Positions 37,489 to 46,498 of a stretch of DNA of 64,000 nt are shown one piece after another. The translations under genes were made by a program, and so were the position numbers. The DNA lies in NCBI GenBank assembly GCA_023138875.1, contig JAGLOO010000003.1, positions 1,498-65,497 on the forward strand, written 5' to 3'. Each line of letters begins with the position of its first letter. The first letter of the stretch is position 1. The notes beneath the pieces were generated by a model. That model made no database searches and was not told the DNA's origin. It worked only from the letters and a program-made list of their open reading frames with translations. This stretch comes from Bacteroidales bacterium. Lineage in GTDB: Bacteria > Bacteroidota > Bacteroidia > Bacteroidales > GCA-2748055.

Positions 37489-38648
37489 CTAAAAAGGGGG
37501 AGGGGTGAAAAATCCGCTTCCTTTAGCCGCCAGTGGGTACTCATAAGGCTGGTTTTTTCGCCTTCTTTGTCAACCTGGTAATAGACAGTCAGGATTGAAC
37601 CATCCTCAAGCTGGACAGATGCGGGATAGCCCAGATCAGAGTTTATAGCCGGGTTTATCATTATTTCTTTGCCTGTTTCCCATGTTTTACCACCATCCCT
37701 GCTAATGCAGGCCTTTTCTCCAAAAGGTTCCCGCCGAACGCCATAAGAGACCAAAAGCAAACCATTTTGTAATTGCATAAGATGGGGTGGGTAACCCCAT
37801 ATTCCAGTTTTATGGCTGGTGGTCCAGCTTTTACCCCCATCGTAGCTTTCCGACTGCCTCAGGTGTGACTGATTGTGGTCTGCTGGATTGTATCGAAACA
37901 TAGCCACAAGTTTGCCATCTGAGAGTTCAACCACATGGGGCTCATGGGCAAAAGTTACCTGGTCCTCACTGTCTAATGGAATGGTGGAAATGAGCTGCCA
38001 CGATTGTCCGTCATCGGTAGACTGCTCTACCCCGATTATTTTCTTATCATTCACATAGCCAGTGCCCACATAGAGCAATCTGCCATCGGATAGTTCTATT
38101 GGCTCATGAGGGGCAGAAACAACCTGTTTTACGGGTTCTTCCCAGGATTTACCACCATCCAGGGACCTCCTGGTCCAGTTACCTATCCAGTATTTTTTGG
38201 TTTCATCTCCCAGTTTATCTGCATGACGTTTCCAGGATGGATTCCTGTCATAAAACTTTTTTGTATCAAAAGCCAAAGAGGTAAACCAGTTTACCAGCAG
38301 GGTTCCCTTTGTTGTCTCAAGGATTCCTGCATCTCGGTCATCGAGCGGCGTATTGTTTATTGTCTCGGGATCGGTCCAGGTTTCGCCATGATCGGTACTG
38401 CGAATCATCTGGGTAATTCCAAACGGGCATACATGGGCATCGCGGTTACCGGAAAAGACCACCAGCAGTTCGCCCGACCTGGTTTTGGTAATACTTGGCC
38501 AGCCAATGTATTTGCCAGGCTGCTTGCAAATGACCCTGGTGCTAATTATATCTGCATAAAGGCCAGGTTTTTCAACACTGAGAACAGGTATCGAGGTGAA
38601 AAATAAAATGGTGAAAACAATCTTCAAGCATTTGTTAATCAGTAACAT
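37350..38648 (-). CDS. BNR/Asp-box sialidase-superfamily beta-propeller protein
   Basis: Five Asp-boxes: STDHGETW, SLDGGKSW, STDDGQSW, SYDGGKSW, SRDGGKTW. The start MLLINKCLKIVFTILFF at 38648 avoids overlap with the upstream gene. The last ~45 codons overlap the methylase fragment and look like read-through (see findings). Confidence 0.75.
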   Translation of the reverse strand: MLLINKCLKIVFTILFFTSIPVLSVEKPGLYADIISTRVICKQPGKYIGWPSITKTRSGELLVVFSGNRDAHVCPFGITQMIRSTDHGETWTDPETINNTPLDDRDAGILETTKGTLLVNWFTSLAFDTKKFYDRNPSWKRHADKLGDETKKYWIGNWTRRSLDGGKSWEEPVKQVVSAPHEPIELSDGRLLYVGTGYVNDKKIIGVEQSTDDGQSWQLISTIPLDSEDQVTFAHEPHVVELSDGKLVAMFRYNPADHNQSHLRQSESYDGGKSWTTSHKTGIWGYPPHLMQLQNGLLLVSYGVRREPFGEKACISRDGGKTWETGKEIMINPAINSDLGYPASVQLEDGSILTVYYQVDKEGEKTSLMSTHWRLKEADFSPLPLFSQPVGITNSEKHDIVNIGSRKTKETSSVFNLISCNIWTIFSRMAVF

Positions 38649-38680
38649 ATCGATATTAATTACAAATAAACGAATCCTGA

Positions 38681-39865
38681 CTATAGATGAAGCTTTTCTT
38701 TTTTGACCGGAAGTATATTCCGCACGATCCATTTCCTCATTTCCTGACCCTCCGGGCTTTGCTGCGGATAAGAGATAAAATCAAGTTTTATCCCCAGTTT
38801 TTGTTCGATTAAATGTGCTATTATTGGCCAGATAATTCCAATGTCACCAACTATTGGAATACTATTTTCCAGCCGGGCGAAACCAGACATTTCCATTCGA
38901 AATGGGATACTCATTAATTTTGTCTTTGGCATCCCTTTATCAATGGCCTGCTGTACAGTGCCGGATTCTTTTTCGAAATCACAGGCTTTTTTCAAATTCG
39001 GATCGAAATCAATGCGTATCAACGTCTTCCCTTTCAGACTGTACGTTGGATATCCTTCCCAATTTGACCAGATTCCATGACCGGTGTATGTTTCAAACGG
39101 TCCGTCATGGATTTCCTGGGTTAAGGCAACTGCAGACTCAATAATCACATCAGCGCTGCTCATCATTTCAGCAATTCTCGCTGTTCGTTCCATTATTGAA
39201 ATCGAATCTGCCAGAGCTGTACCAACCATTCCACCACCGATCAGTTGTGGAACTGTAACCAGACACGGAACGTCTTTCTTTACGGCAGCACCTAACATTG
39301 TGCGCTCATCTGCTCCTGCTCCGGCGATAACCTCAAAAGGGAGCCCTTTTGATTTTGCAATAAACAGAATCTCTTTTGCCAGATTCTCAGTTCGCAAACC
39401 CATCGGGTATGCCATATTTCCAGCCGCTTTGATGATCACATCACCTTCAAGTGACAGGGCTTTATCAATTATGCCGGTGTCGATGATCATCTCTTTTTTT
39501 AGCTGATCAAGCAATTCCGGAGACATTTTAGTGATTTCGAAAATCTCGCCACGTGGCAGTATGTTTCCAGGGAATCCCAATTTCTTACCATCAACTCTTT
39601 TAACTTCATCCAAAACACCTGCCATTTCATGCGCCACAACCGCCGAACTTGTTGTTACGCCATCAACGACTCCTTTATTAATAAGTTCAGCAATAAGCGT
39701 TGTAACGCCTTCATGAAGGTTGGGTCCGCTGCCTGTGACGACAACTACTTTACCCTGTTTTTTTTTAGCTTCGACAATACGATCTACAGCTCTGTCAACC
39801 ATTTCCCTGCCTGATGGCTGTAAATCATTATATAACTGTTTTATAAGCTCCCTGTTTGAATTCAT
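38681..39865 (-). CDS. conserved hypothetical protein, possibly deoxyhypusine-synthase-like Rossmann fold
   Basis: 394-aa ORF 11 nt downstream of kdsB. VVVVTGSGPNLHEGVTTLIAELINKGVVDGVTTSSAVVAHE loosely recalls the DHS-family pattern. The assignment is weak. Confidence 0.45.
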   Translation of the reverse strand: MNSNRELIKQLYNDLQPSGREMVDRAVDRIVEAKKKQGKVVVVTGSGPNLHEGVTTLIAELINKGVVDGVTTSSAVVAHEMAGVLDEVKRVDGKKLGFPGNILPRGEIFEITKMSPELLDQLKKEMIIDTGIIDKALSLEGDVIIKAAGNMAYPMGLRTENLAKEILFIAKSKGLPFEVIAGAGADERTMLGAAVKKDVPCLVTVPQLIGGGMVGTALADSISIMERTARIAEMMSSADVIIESAVALTQEIHDGPFETYTGHGIWSNWEGYPTYSLKGKTLIRIDFDPNLKKACDFEKESGTVQQAIDKGMPKTKLMSIPFRMEMSGFARLENSIPIVGDIGIIWPIIAHLIEQKLGIKLDFISYPQQSPEGQEMRKWIVRNILPVKKEKLHL

Positions 39866-39876
39866 TAAGATATCCC

Positions 39877-40629
39877 TTAAGATAAATTCATTTCTCTGAT
39901 TATTTTCTCAACCCTGGCATGGTCAGCCGGTGTATCCACACTGACTCCTGCCGCATGTTTGCTTTTTGTTTCAATAACCTTAATCTTATAGCCATTCTCC
40001 AATACGCGTAGCTGCTCCAGCATTTCAATCTTTTCCAGATAGCTTTGCGGCATCTTCGATATTTTTAACAAAAAATCCTTGCGATAACCATATAATCCAA
40101 CATGTTCATAAACGTTCACAGCCACTTTATCCCGGGAATAAGGAATAAGCGATCTGGAAAAATAGAGTGCAAAATCATTTTCGTCAGCAACTACTTTAAC
40201 AACTGACGGATCTGAATAATCTTCTTCCCTGATTTTTATTTTGAGGGTTGACATCTGAACAGTTGTATCTTCCAGCATGGGTTGCACTGCTTCGTCAATC
40301 ATTTTAGGATCGAGAAGGGGTTGATCTCCCTGGATATTTACTACAATGTCAGTTTGAATTTTTTCCACTGCTTCGGCAATTCTATCTGTGCCGGATTGAT
40401 GGTCTGTGTTTGTCATAACCGCCTTCCCCCCAAATCCCTCTACACATTTCAAGACACGCGGGTCATCCACTGCTACAAAAAGCTGATCCAGCATCCGCGA
40501 TTGGCTAGCCCGTTCATACACCCACTGAATCATTGGCTTGCCCGCGATTTCTGCTATCACTTTCCCACGGAACCTCGACGAGCCATAACGGGCAGGGATT
40601 ACTCCGATAACATTTTGTTTTTTCAACAT
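39877..40629 (-). CDS. kdsB: 3-deoxy-manno-octulosonate cytidylyltransferase (CMP-Kdo synthetase)
   Basis: 250-aa ORF. VIGVIPARYGSSRFRGKVIAEIAGKPMIQWVYERA and the NIQGDQPLLDP motif are typical of KdsB. Confidence 0.85.
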   Translation of the reverse strand: MLKKQNVIGVIPARYGSSRFRGKVIAEIAGKPMIQWVYERASQSRMLDQLFVAVDDPRVLKCVEGFGGKAVMTNTDHQSGTDRIAEAVEKIQTDIVVNIQGDQPLLDPKMIDEAVQPMLEDTTVQMSTLKIKIREEDYSDPSVVKVVADENDFALYFSRSLIPYSRDKVAVNVYEHVGLYGYRKDFLLKISKMPQSYLEKIEMLEQLRVLENGYKIKVIETKSKHAAGVSVDTPADHARVEKIIREMNLS

Positions 40630-40639
40630 AGTTTTTACT

Positions 40640-42895
40640 TTATTTAATAAATCCGTGATACCGCCCCATCCAGTATGCCAGCAGCCAGTAAACCCCGTCG
40701 CTTTCGGTATATCCCCCGTCTCCCTGAACAGCCTGCCAGGGATTATTATCCCAGCGCATTATTCCCCGTTCAGATGGGGGAACAAGACGGCTGGTTTGAA
40801 TATCTTCCAATATCGGGGAGCGTGTCAGGTCCAGATCTTCCCGCTGGCTGTTATCTATTCGCCAACGGATCAGGTCGAGCGGATTATCCTGCAATAGTCG
40901 TATGGACTTCTCCAGATTCAATTTGTTAGCAGCTAGTGCATTGTAGATAAAATAGAAATAAGGATTATCATCATTTTTAAGTGCATCATACCAGTTATCG
41001 AGGCTTCTGCAATACAGAGCCTGCAGGTCAGGGTCCTCTTCATATAGAATCAGGGCCGGATACGCAAGTGCAAGAAGTTCATCATCAATATATGTCCGCC
41101 AGGAGGGTAATGTGGTTTTCGCATTGACAATGTTGTTCCTATAATTGCTTTCATGGACCAATTTGTGATATTCTTCCTGGTAATATTCATTTCCACTAAC
41201 ATGGTAGGCCAGTTTAAGGTATGATAAAATCTCAACGGAGTTAATTCCCCTTTCACTGGCCCAATCAGGATCATCATTTAGAAATTCAGGTGCCCAGACT
41301 CCCCACTCAGTGTGGGTGCCGTCAATATCCATCAATACATAACCGTTATCAATAATATAGTCAACGATCCGCAGAACGTGTCCTTTTACATCTTCCTGCT
41401 CGCCGGGATCTGCAACAAGATCATAGTAAAAAAGATAACCATACATATGACCGGTAATCTCATCACTGCTTGTTCCTCTTTTCCAGAGCCATTTCCCATC
41501 GTCTGACAGAAGCCAGTGGTCCTCAACTTTTTTCTCCCGTGGTTCCCTGACAATCATATCTGCCCACTTACGGTCGGTAATGACCTCATTCGGATCTGCC
41601 ATCCTGGTCCATGTTGCAGGTATTACTGTTCTGGCAACAAACCCCTCTGTTTCGGTTACAGTCTGTAAAAATTTAAGTGCGTTAAAGGCTTTTGCTGCAT
41701 TCTCTTTAGCTTCCGGATCCTTTGTTACTGCATAGCGATATGATTCCATTGCGAGATACATACTTGTATACTGCCCGTCATTATCATCATCATTTGGTTC
41801 CCAGGTTGTCGTATCACCAGGTGTGCTGAATCTGCATTTCTCAACCAGAAAGGGCGCTCGAATATGTCTTCGGGCCATTACATCATAGTAATAATCTGCT
41901 TTTTGGGCAAGTGTCATCTGCTTCCTCTTTATCGCACTAACACCATTGGAAGTGGCAATCCAGGCAGTACCGTTTCCGTCAAATGCAATATCCCGGACTT
42001 TATCGCTTAATAACCAGCGCCGGCTGTGTCTTAATGACCAGCTACTACCGTTATACCTTGTAACTCCCAGATCTGTTCCGACCCACATTGAACCATCGGG
42101 CGCTTTTTGAACACACCGTACCCAGACATTTGGCAGGCCCTCTTTCGGGGTAAAACTCTTTATCCTTTTGTCATCTTTATATACCGTTACCCCGCCAAGT
42201 CCCCCAATCCAGAGCTCCCCTTCTTCCGCCCATGCCAGGCCGAAAATATTATCACTTAAGAGCTCTTCTTCATTCTGGAAGAGTACAGTTTTATGTACTG
42301 TTTGATGGTACAATCCTTTTCCGGTACCAAGATAATAGCCGCCACTTTGATCAGACAATAATTCCCGGATTGCCCGGGAATAGGGTATGTCTTCTTTAAT
42401 CCATGTTTTACCCTGTGATTTCCAGATACCCTCCGGACCGAGTGCGAGTATATTGCCGTCGATTTCGTTCACTACACCGATGGGGTTATCCGTAATTTCA
42501 ATTTTCTCTGTCTTATTATTGTCTGTTCTGTACAGACCATTCCAGGCAGCGATCCAAACGCTCCCTTTTGAATCAACAAACAGATCATTTATTGGCCCTT
42601 GATTGGTCGATTCAATCATCCCTTTCCATTCTTCTTTATCCTGATCTAAAACAAATAAACCAGCTTTAGTGCCTGCCCAGACCTGTCCGGAATGATCAAC
42701 AACGATGGTACGTATATCATTTCTTTCAGCCATAGAACCCAGCTCATACGCTTGATGAACCTCCTGGATAAAGGGCTTGTCTTCTATCCCCTGATTATCA
42801 TTCAGACCGGTATCATTTGCAGAAGTGTTTTGATCAGAACAGGATATCCCGGCCAGGAAAAATAGTATGATTAAATACCCGATATTTTTTTTCAT
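40640..42895 (-). CDS. lipoprotein with N-terminal two-component-regulator-type beta-propeller repeats and C-terminal uncharacterised (possibly alpha/alpha-toroid) domain
   Basis: 751-aa ORF with lipobox AGISC. Repeated ..G.VW.GT..GL.. propeller motifs. The C-terminal domain is shared with 44295-46484 (RHIR..F, DNDGQYTSMYLA, WLWKRGTSSDEITGH). Confidence 0.6.
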   Translation of the reverse strand: MKKNIGYLIILFFLAGISCSDQNTSANDTGLNDNQGIEDKPFIQEVHQAYELGSMAERNDIRTIVVDHSGQVWAGTKAGLFVLDQDKEEWKGMIESTNQGPINDLFVDSKGSVWIAAWNGLYRTDNNKTEKIEITDNPIGVVNEIDGNILALGPEGIWKSQGKTWIKEDIPYSRAIRELLSDQSGGYYLGTGKGLYHQTVHKTVLFQNEEELLSDNIFGLAWAEEGELWIGGLGGVTVYKDDKRIKSFTPKEGLPNVWVRCVQKAPDGSMWVGTDLGVTRYNGSSWSLRHSRRWLLSDKVRDIAFDGNGTAWIATSNGVSAIKRKQMTLAQKADYYYDVMARRHIRAPFLVEKCRFSTPGDTTTWEPNDDDNDGQYTSMYLAMESYRYAVTKDPEAKENAAKAFNALKFLQTVTETEGFVARTVIPATWTRMADPNEVITDRKWADMIVREPREKKVEDHWLLSDDGKWLWKRGTSSDEITGHMYGYLFYYDLVADPGEQEDVKGHVLRIVDYIIDNGYVLMDIDGTHTEWGVWAPEFLNDDPDWASERGINSVEILSYLKLAYHVSGNEYYQEEYHKLVHESNYRNNIVNAKTTLPSWRTYIDDELLALAYPALILYEEDPDLQALYCRSLDNWYDALKNDDNPYFYFIYNALAANKLNLEKSIRLLQDNPLDLIRWRIDNSQREDLDLTRSPILEDIQTSRLVPPSERGIMRWDNNPWQAVQGDGGYTESDGVYWLLAYWMGRYHGFIK

Positions 42896-42930
42896 AAAAT
42901 TCGATGTTGGATTTAGTATTTGCCCGGAAT

Positions 42931-44298
42931 TTACATACCTCTATCTATTTTTTCCCAATCCAGTTCCATAATAAAAATCTGCCTGAAATCATTTCCGTTA
43001 GCATCTTTAACTATAGTTCCCGATGTATCCTGTGTCGGAACAGGAATAATATATGCAAGCAGGTTTCCGTCCGGTGATACAACCAGTTGGTCTCTTACCA
43101 GCAGGTCATCACTTAATCTGATGGTTTTACCGAATCGGTACCTTGTTCCAAGGTAAGTTACAAATACATTTCCATCGCTGATACAAAACACCCAGTTACC
43201 TGACGGATGCCAGCGAATCGAGGAAACCGGTGAGTTAAGGCTGGTAACCCGGGCAGGTTGTTCATCCGATCCATCCGCTTTTGTGATAAACACGTGGCCA
43301 ATTCCATCTTCATCCCTGGCGGCAAAGGCAATTTTACTTCCATTGGGAGAGCCACGCACAATCCCGGTAACATTCATGCCATATGTGAGCCTGCGCACGA
43401 CAATACCTTCAGGCGGTTCGGGGTATTGATCCCGTGTGCCTGAGCGTGATGTGGCAATATCTATATCAGCCGGAATATCAGCCACAAACAGATCATTTTC
43501 ATAATCTATGCCATTTTGTGCCCTTACTGTCCCAATGAATGCACGCATAGTTCCTGCACTGTCTACCCATGAATCCCCATACGCTTTTTCAATCTCCCCG
43601 ACTTTTGATTGCCTCTTTTTAGCCGGCTTAAGGATCACCGAAAAATAGTGGGAGTATCCCTCAGGTGCATTTTCGTGAGGCTGCATAAATCCAATGGTCC
43701 GGTCGTAATCCCGGACAAGAAAATCATCATACGTAAAACCAATGCGCTTCCCGTTCCCGGAATACTCATGCCGGTGCGTACCACCACGATGTGTCCCCGG
43801 TGTTGTTTCTTCATCGGAGATATTACGCATATCCACTTTAACGGAGGTTTTTCTTCCTTCTCCATCTACTTCAATGGCAGTACGGTTACGAATGCTGTAG
43901 GTTCCACGGTCCTTCACTTCATCAAGAAAAGGTCCGTGAATGAATATCACTTTATTTTCGAACGGGTGAAAAGAGACGGCAGCAACTCCCGGAGCAGCCT
44001 CCTCTCCTGTAATAGATGGGGGATCCCATAGAACAGTTTCTACTCCTGTTGATATTTCTACCTTCTCAATGGATTTTGAATTTGCCAGGTTCTCATTATA
44101 AATTGTTCCCCGCGTATCATAGCAAAGGAACCATCCATCCGCAGAGAAGTTGTCATTGTTGTCCAGCGCATGGGTTTTTGATGAAAATGTTATCTGCTTT
44201 TCTTCCATTGGAATAGATCCATTTCTATTTTGATCACATGATTGTATAAACCCTGCAAACACTGAAATACTGATAGGTATTATTATCAGTATTTTCAT
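42931..44298 (-). CDS. YidR-like DUF3748 / TolB-type beta-propeller protein
   Basis: 455-aa ORF. KQITF, FIHGP, RGGTHRHEY, FTYDD, AYGDSWV, RRLTY and WHPSGNW match my recollection of E. coli YidR/DUF3748. Confidence 0.6.
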   Translation of the reverse strand: MKILIIIPISISVFAGFIQSCDQNRNGSIPMEEKQITFSSKTHALDNNDNFSADGWFLCYDTRGTIYNENLANSKSIEKVEISTGVETVLWDPPSITGEEAAPGVAAVSFHPFENKVIFIHGPFLDEVKDRGTYSIRNRTAIEVDGEGRKTSVKVDMRNISDEETTPGTHRGGTHRHEYSGNGKRIGFTYDDFLVRDYDRTIGFMQPHENAPEGYSHYFSVILKPAKKRQSKVGEIEKAYGDSWVDSAGTMRAFIGTVRAQNGIDYENDLFVADIPADIDIATSRSGTRDQYPEPPEGIVVRRLTYGMNVTGIVRGSPNGSKIAFAARDEDGIGHVFITKADGSDEQPARVTSLNSPVSSIRWHPSGNWVFCISDGNVFVTYLGTRYRFGKTIRLSDDLLVRDQLVVSPDGNLLAYIIPVPTQDTSGTIVKDANGNDFRQIFIMELDWEKIDRGM

Positions 44299-46484
44299 TG
44301 GTTGGGAGGAGCAATGGCTCCGACATATCTTCCTGCCCAGTAAGGCAACAGGTATATGTAAGGAGGATATTCTCTGCTGCCGTTGCTTCCTCCATTGTTT
44401 CTGTATGCATTGTTATGTAAATGCACCGGCCGTTCATCTCTTGGCAGCACTTCGGTGTATTCCTGGCTTCTGAAATTTGGTTCAACCCTTGTTAAATCCT
44501 GCCTGTGACTATTGTCAACATTCCATGAAATGAGATCCATAGGGAATTCCCTGAGCCACCAGGCGGATTCCTCAAGATCATAATCTGACCCACCAATAAG
44601 TGCATACAGATAATTCCAGAGAGGATTCTTTTCCGAGCGTTCAATTTCCCAATGGCTTTGCGCTGTTTTAAAATATTCCTTTTTCAATTCCTCGGTAAAT
44701 GCATATTTCACCAAAGCCGGAACGGTTAAGAAATACATTTCATCATCGGAGTGGTTCCACGAGTCACTCAGGATTTGTCCCTCGACATGACCAATGATTG
44801 TAGCCGGACGTGTAACATTCTCCCCATATCCGTATTCATCCATGAGTTCATATGCTTTCTCTTTGTAAATCCCATCGCCGGTAAAATGATAGGCTGTCTG
44901 AAGGAATGCCAGGATAAGGGTTGAATTGAGGCGGCGGTCGCCTACATTTACCGGAAAGCTGTTTACATAGTCAGGATTCCATCTTCCCCACTGAGTTATC
45001 TCTCCGTTCCATGTAACCAGGTACCAGTCGTTCTCTATAATATGGTCCATCTCAATTTTTATCTGATGAATGGCGCGGTCTTGCCACTCCCTGTCTGGCA
45101 CTATTTCTGCAAACAGTGCATAAACAAAAAAGTGCCCGCATGATTCATCACTGCTTGTAGTGGATTTCCACCTCCAGCGTCCATCATCGGTTAAGCGCCA
45201 GATCTTCTGATCTTCCGGCATATCCGGATCATTATCACTTGACTGATAGCTGTCAATCTCATACGTTCGTGCCGGAAAACCCTTGATCCCACTAATTTCT
45301 GTGAGTCGTTCCATGGCTTCAAAAGCTTCATAAGCATTTTGGAGTGCATCTTCAGATTTTGTGGCAGCATATCGAAACAATTCACCTGCTAAATACATTG
45401 ATGTCCATAATCCGTCGTTATCAGTATCTCTGAGAACAATGGATGAAGGATCACCAGGACTTGATAAATACCCTTCAGAGCTAAAACCATGTCGAATATG
45501 CCGCAGTCTTTGCACTGTTTGGAAATACTCGGCTTTCTCAGCCAGCGTCATTTCAACAAAATTTATTTTGCTTAAGCCTTTTTCAGTGAGGATCAGTACA
45601 CTGTTATCCGGTCCTGAGAAAATATCAGTAACCTTATCGTCCACTAGCCAGCGCTTCGATGCATAATAATCGTATTTCCCATTCTGCCGCAGCGCAAAGG
45701 CTCCTTTCGATGATCCAAACCAGAGTTTTCCATTAATCTCCGCAATACAGGAAATATTAGTGTCAGGAAGCTTTCTATTGATTGGAGATGTTTCTTCAAA
45801 TGATTCTGAATCCAGGGAAAGAATCCCATCTTCTGTGCCAACCACTATTTGGTTTTTATCACCTACCAGTGAGATGGCAGTCAAATTGTTGCCATCGTAT
45901 CTTTTAACCAATTCCTGGTCAGAACCATTAAATGTGTAAATGGTATTTTTTGAAAGAACTAAAAAGGCTTGTTTGCCTGCATCAAACAGAAGCTCAACAG
46001 GCTCAAAATCTTTCACCGGTTTTTCCCAAACGATTTTATTGTTTTTGAAGAATACCAACCTCTCCTTAGCTGCTATCAGAAAGGAGAAATCATCACCCAT
46101 AACAAAATGAGTTGGTTTGACTGTATGATGCTCAACATAGAATTTCCCGGCCCATGCATTGCTGAGGAGTGCCTTATTGGTTAAATAGACAAACTGATCC
46201 TTATAAGTATCGAAAGCAATGATATGCTGGTCTGAAATGGGACGGTAACGTTGATCCTTGACCAGTCTTTTTTCCCAGGGTTGTAATAACCCCTCTGTTG
46301 AGAGAATATTGATGATGTTATTCCTGTCACTTTTGACCTGAATAAGGTCCTGCTCATTCTCATCAGTGCAGAGTTCAAATTTATCTGCATAATCCTGCAG
46401 ATAGGGTGTGTCTTTATATTGCTGTGAGAAAGCCGTAACAGAAATAAAAAGTCCAATAAGAAAGAATTTAAAGTTGATTTCCAT
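44295..46484 (-). CDS. paralog of 40640-42895 (propeller + uncharacterised C-terminal domain)
   Basis: 729-aa ORF with a signal peptide. Shared motifs RHIRHGF, DNDGLWTSMYLAGELFRYAATK and WRWKSTTSSDESCGH. Confidence 0.6.
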   Translation of the reverse strand: MEINFKFFLIGLFISVTAFSQQYKDTPYLQDYADKFELCTDENEQDLIQVKSDRNNIINILSTEGLLQPWEKRLVKDQRYRPISDQHIIAFDTYKDQFVYLTNKALLSNAWAGKFYVEHHTVKPTHFVMGDDFSFLIAAKERLVFFKNNKIVWEKPVKDFEPVELLFDAGKQAFLVLSKNTIYTFNGSDQELVKRYDGNNLTAISLVGDKNQIVVGTEDGILSLDSESFEETSPINRKLPDTNISCIAEINGKLWFGSSKGAFALRQNGKYDYYASKRWLVDDKVTDIFSGPDNSVLILTEKGLSKINFVEMTLAEKAEYFQTVQRLRHIRHGFSSEGYLSSPGDPSSIVLRDTDNDGLWTSMYLAGELFRYAATKSEDALQNAYEAFEAMERLTEISGIKGFPARTYEIDSYQSSDNDPDMPEDQKIWRLTDDGRWRWKSTTSSDESCGHFFVYALFAEIVPDREWQDRAIHQIKIEMDHIIENDWYLVTWNGEITQWGRWNPDYVNSFPVNVGDRRLNSTLILAFLQTAYHFTGDGIYKEKAYELMDEYGYGENVTRPATIIGHVEGQILSDSWNHSDDEMYFLTVPALVKYAFTEELKKEYFKTAQSHWEIERSEKNPLWNYLYALIGGSDYDLEESAWWLREFPMDLISWNVDNSHRQDLTRVEPNFRSQEYTEVLPRDERPVHLHNNAYRNNGGSNGSREYPPYIYLLPYWAGRYVGAIAPPNQ

Positions 46485-46498
46485 CTGTTTATATTTTT

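Larger units (their letters stand above)
26737..37500. mobile_element. decayed integron-like island (intI remnant, attI junction, attC-bounded cassettes, TA pair, methylase fragment)
   Basis: See findings. It lies between two minus-strand host genes and holds plus-strand cargo. It is visibly more AT-rich in parts, and three cargo genes carry Shine-Dalgarno motifs absent from the flanking genes I checked. Confidence 0.6.
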
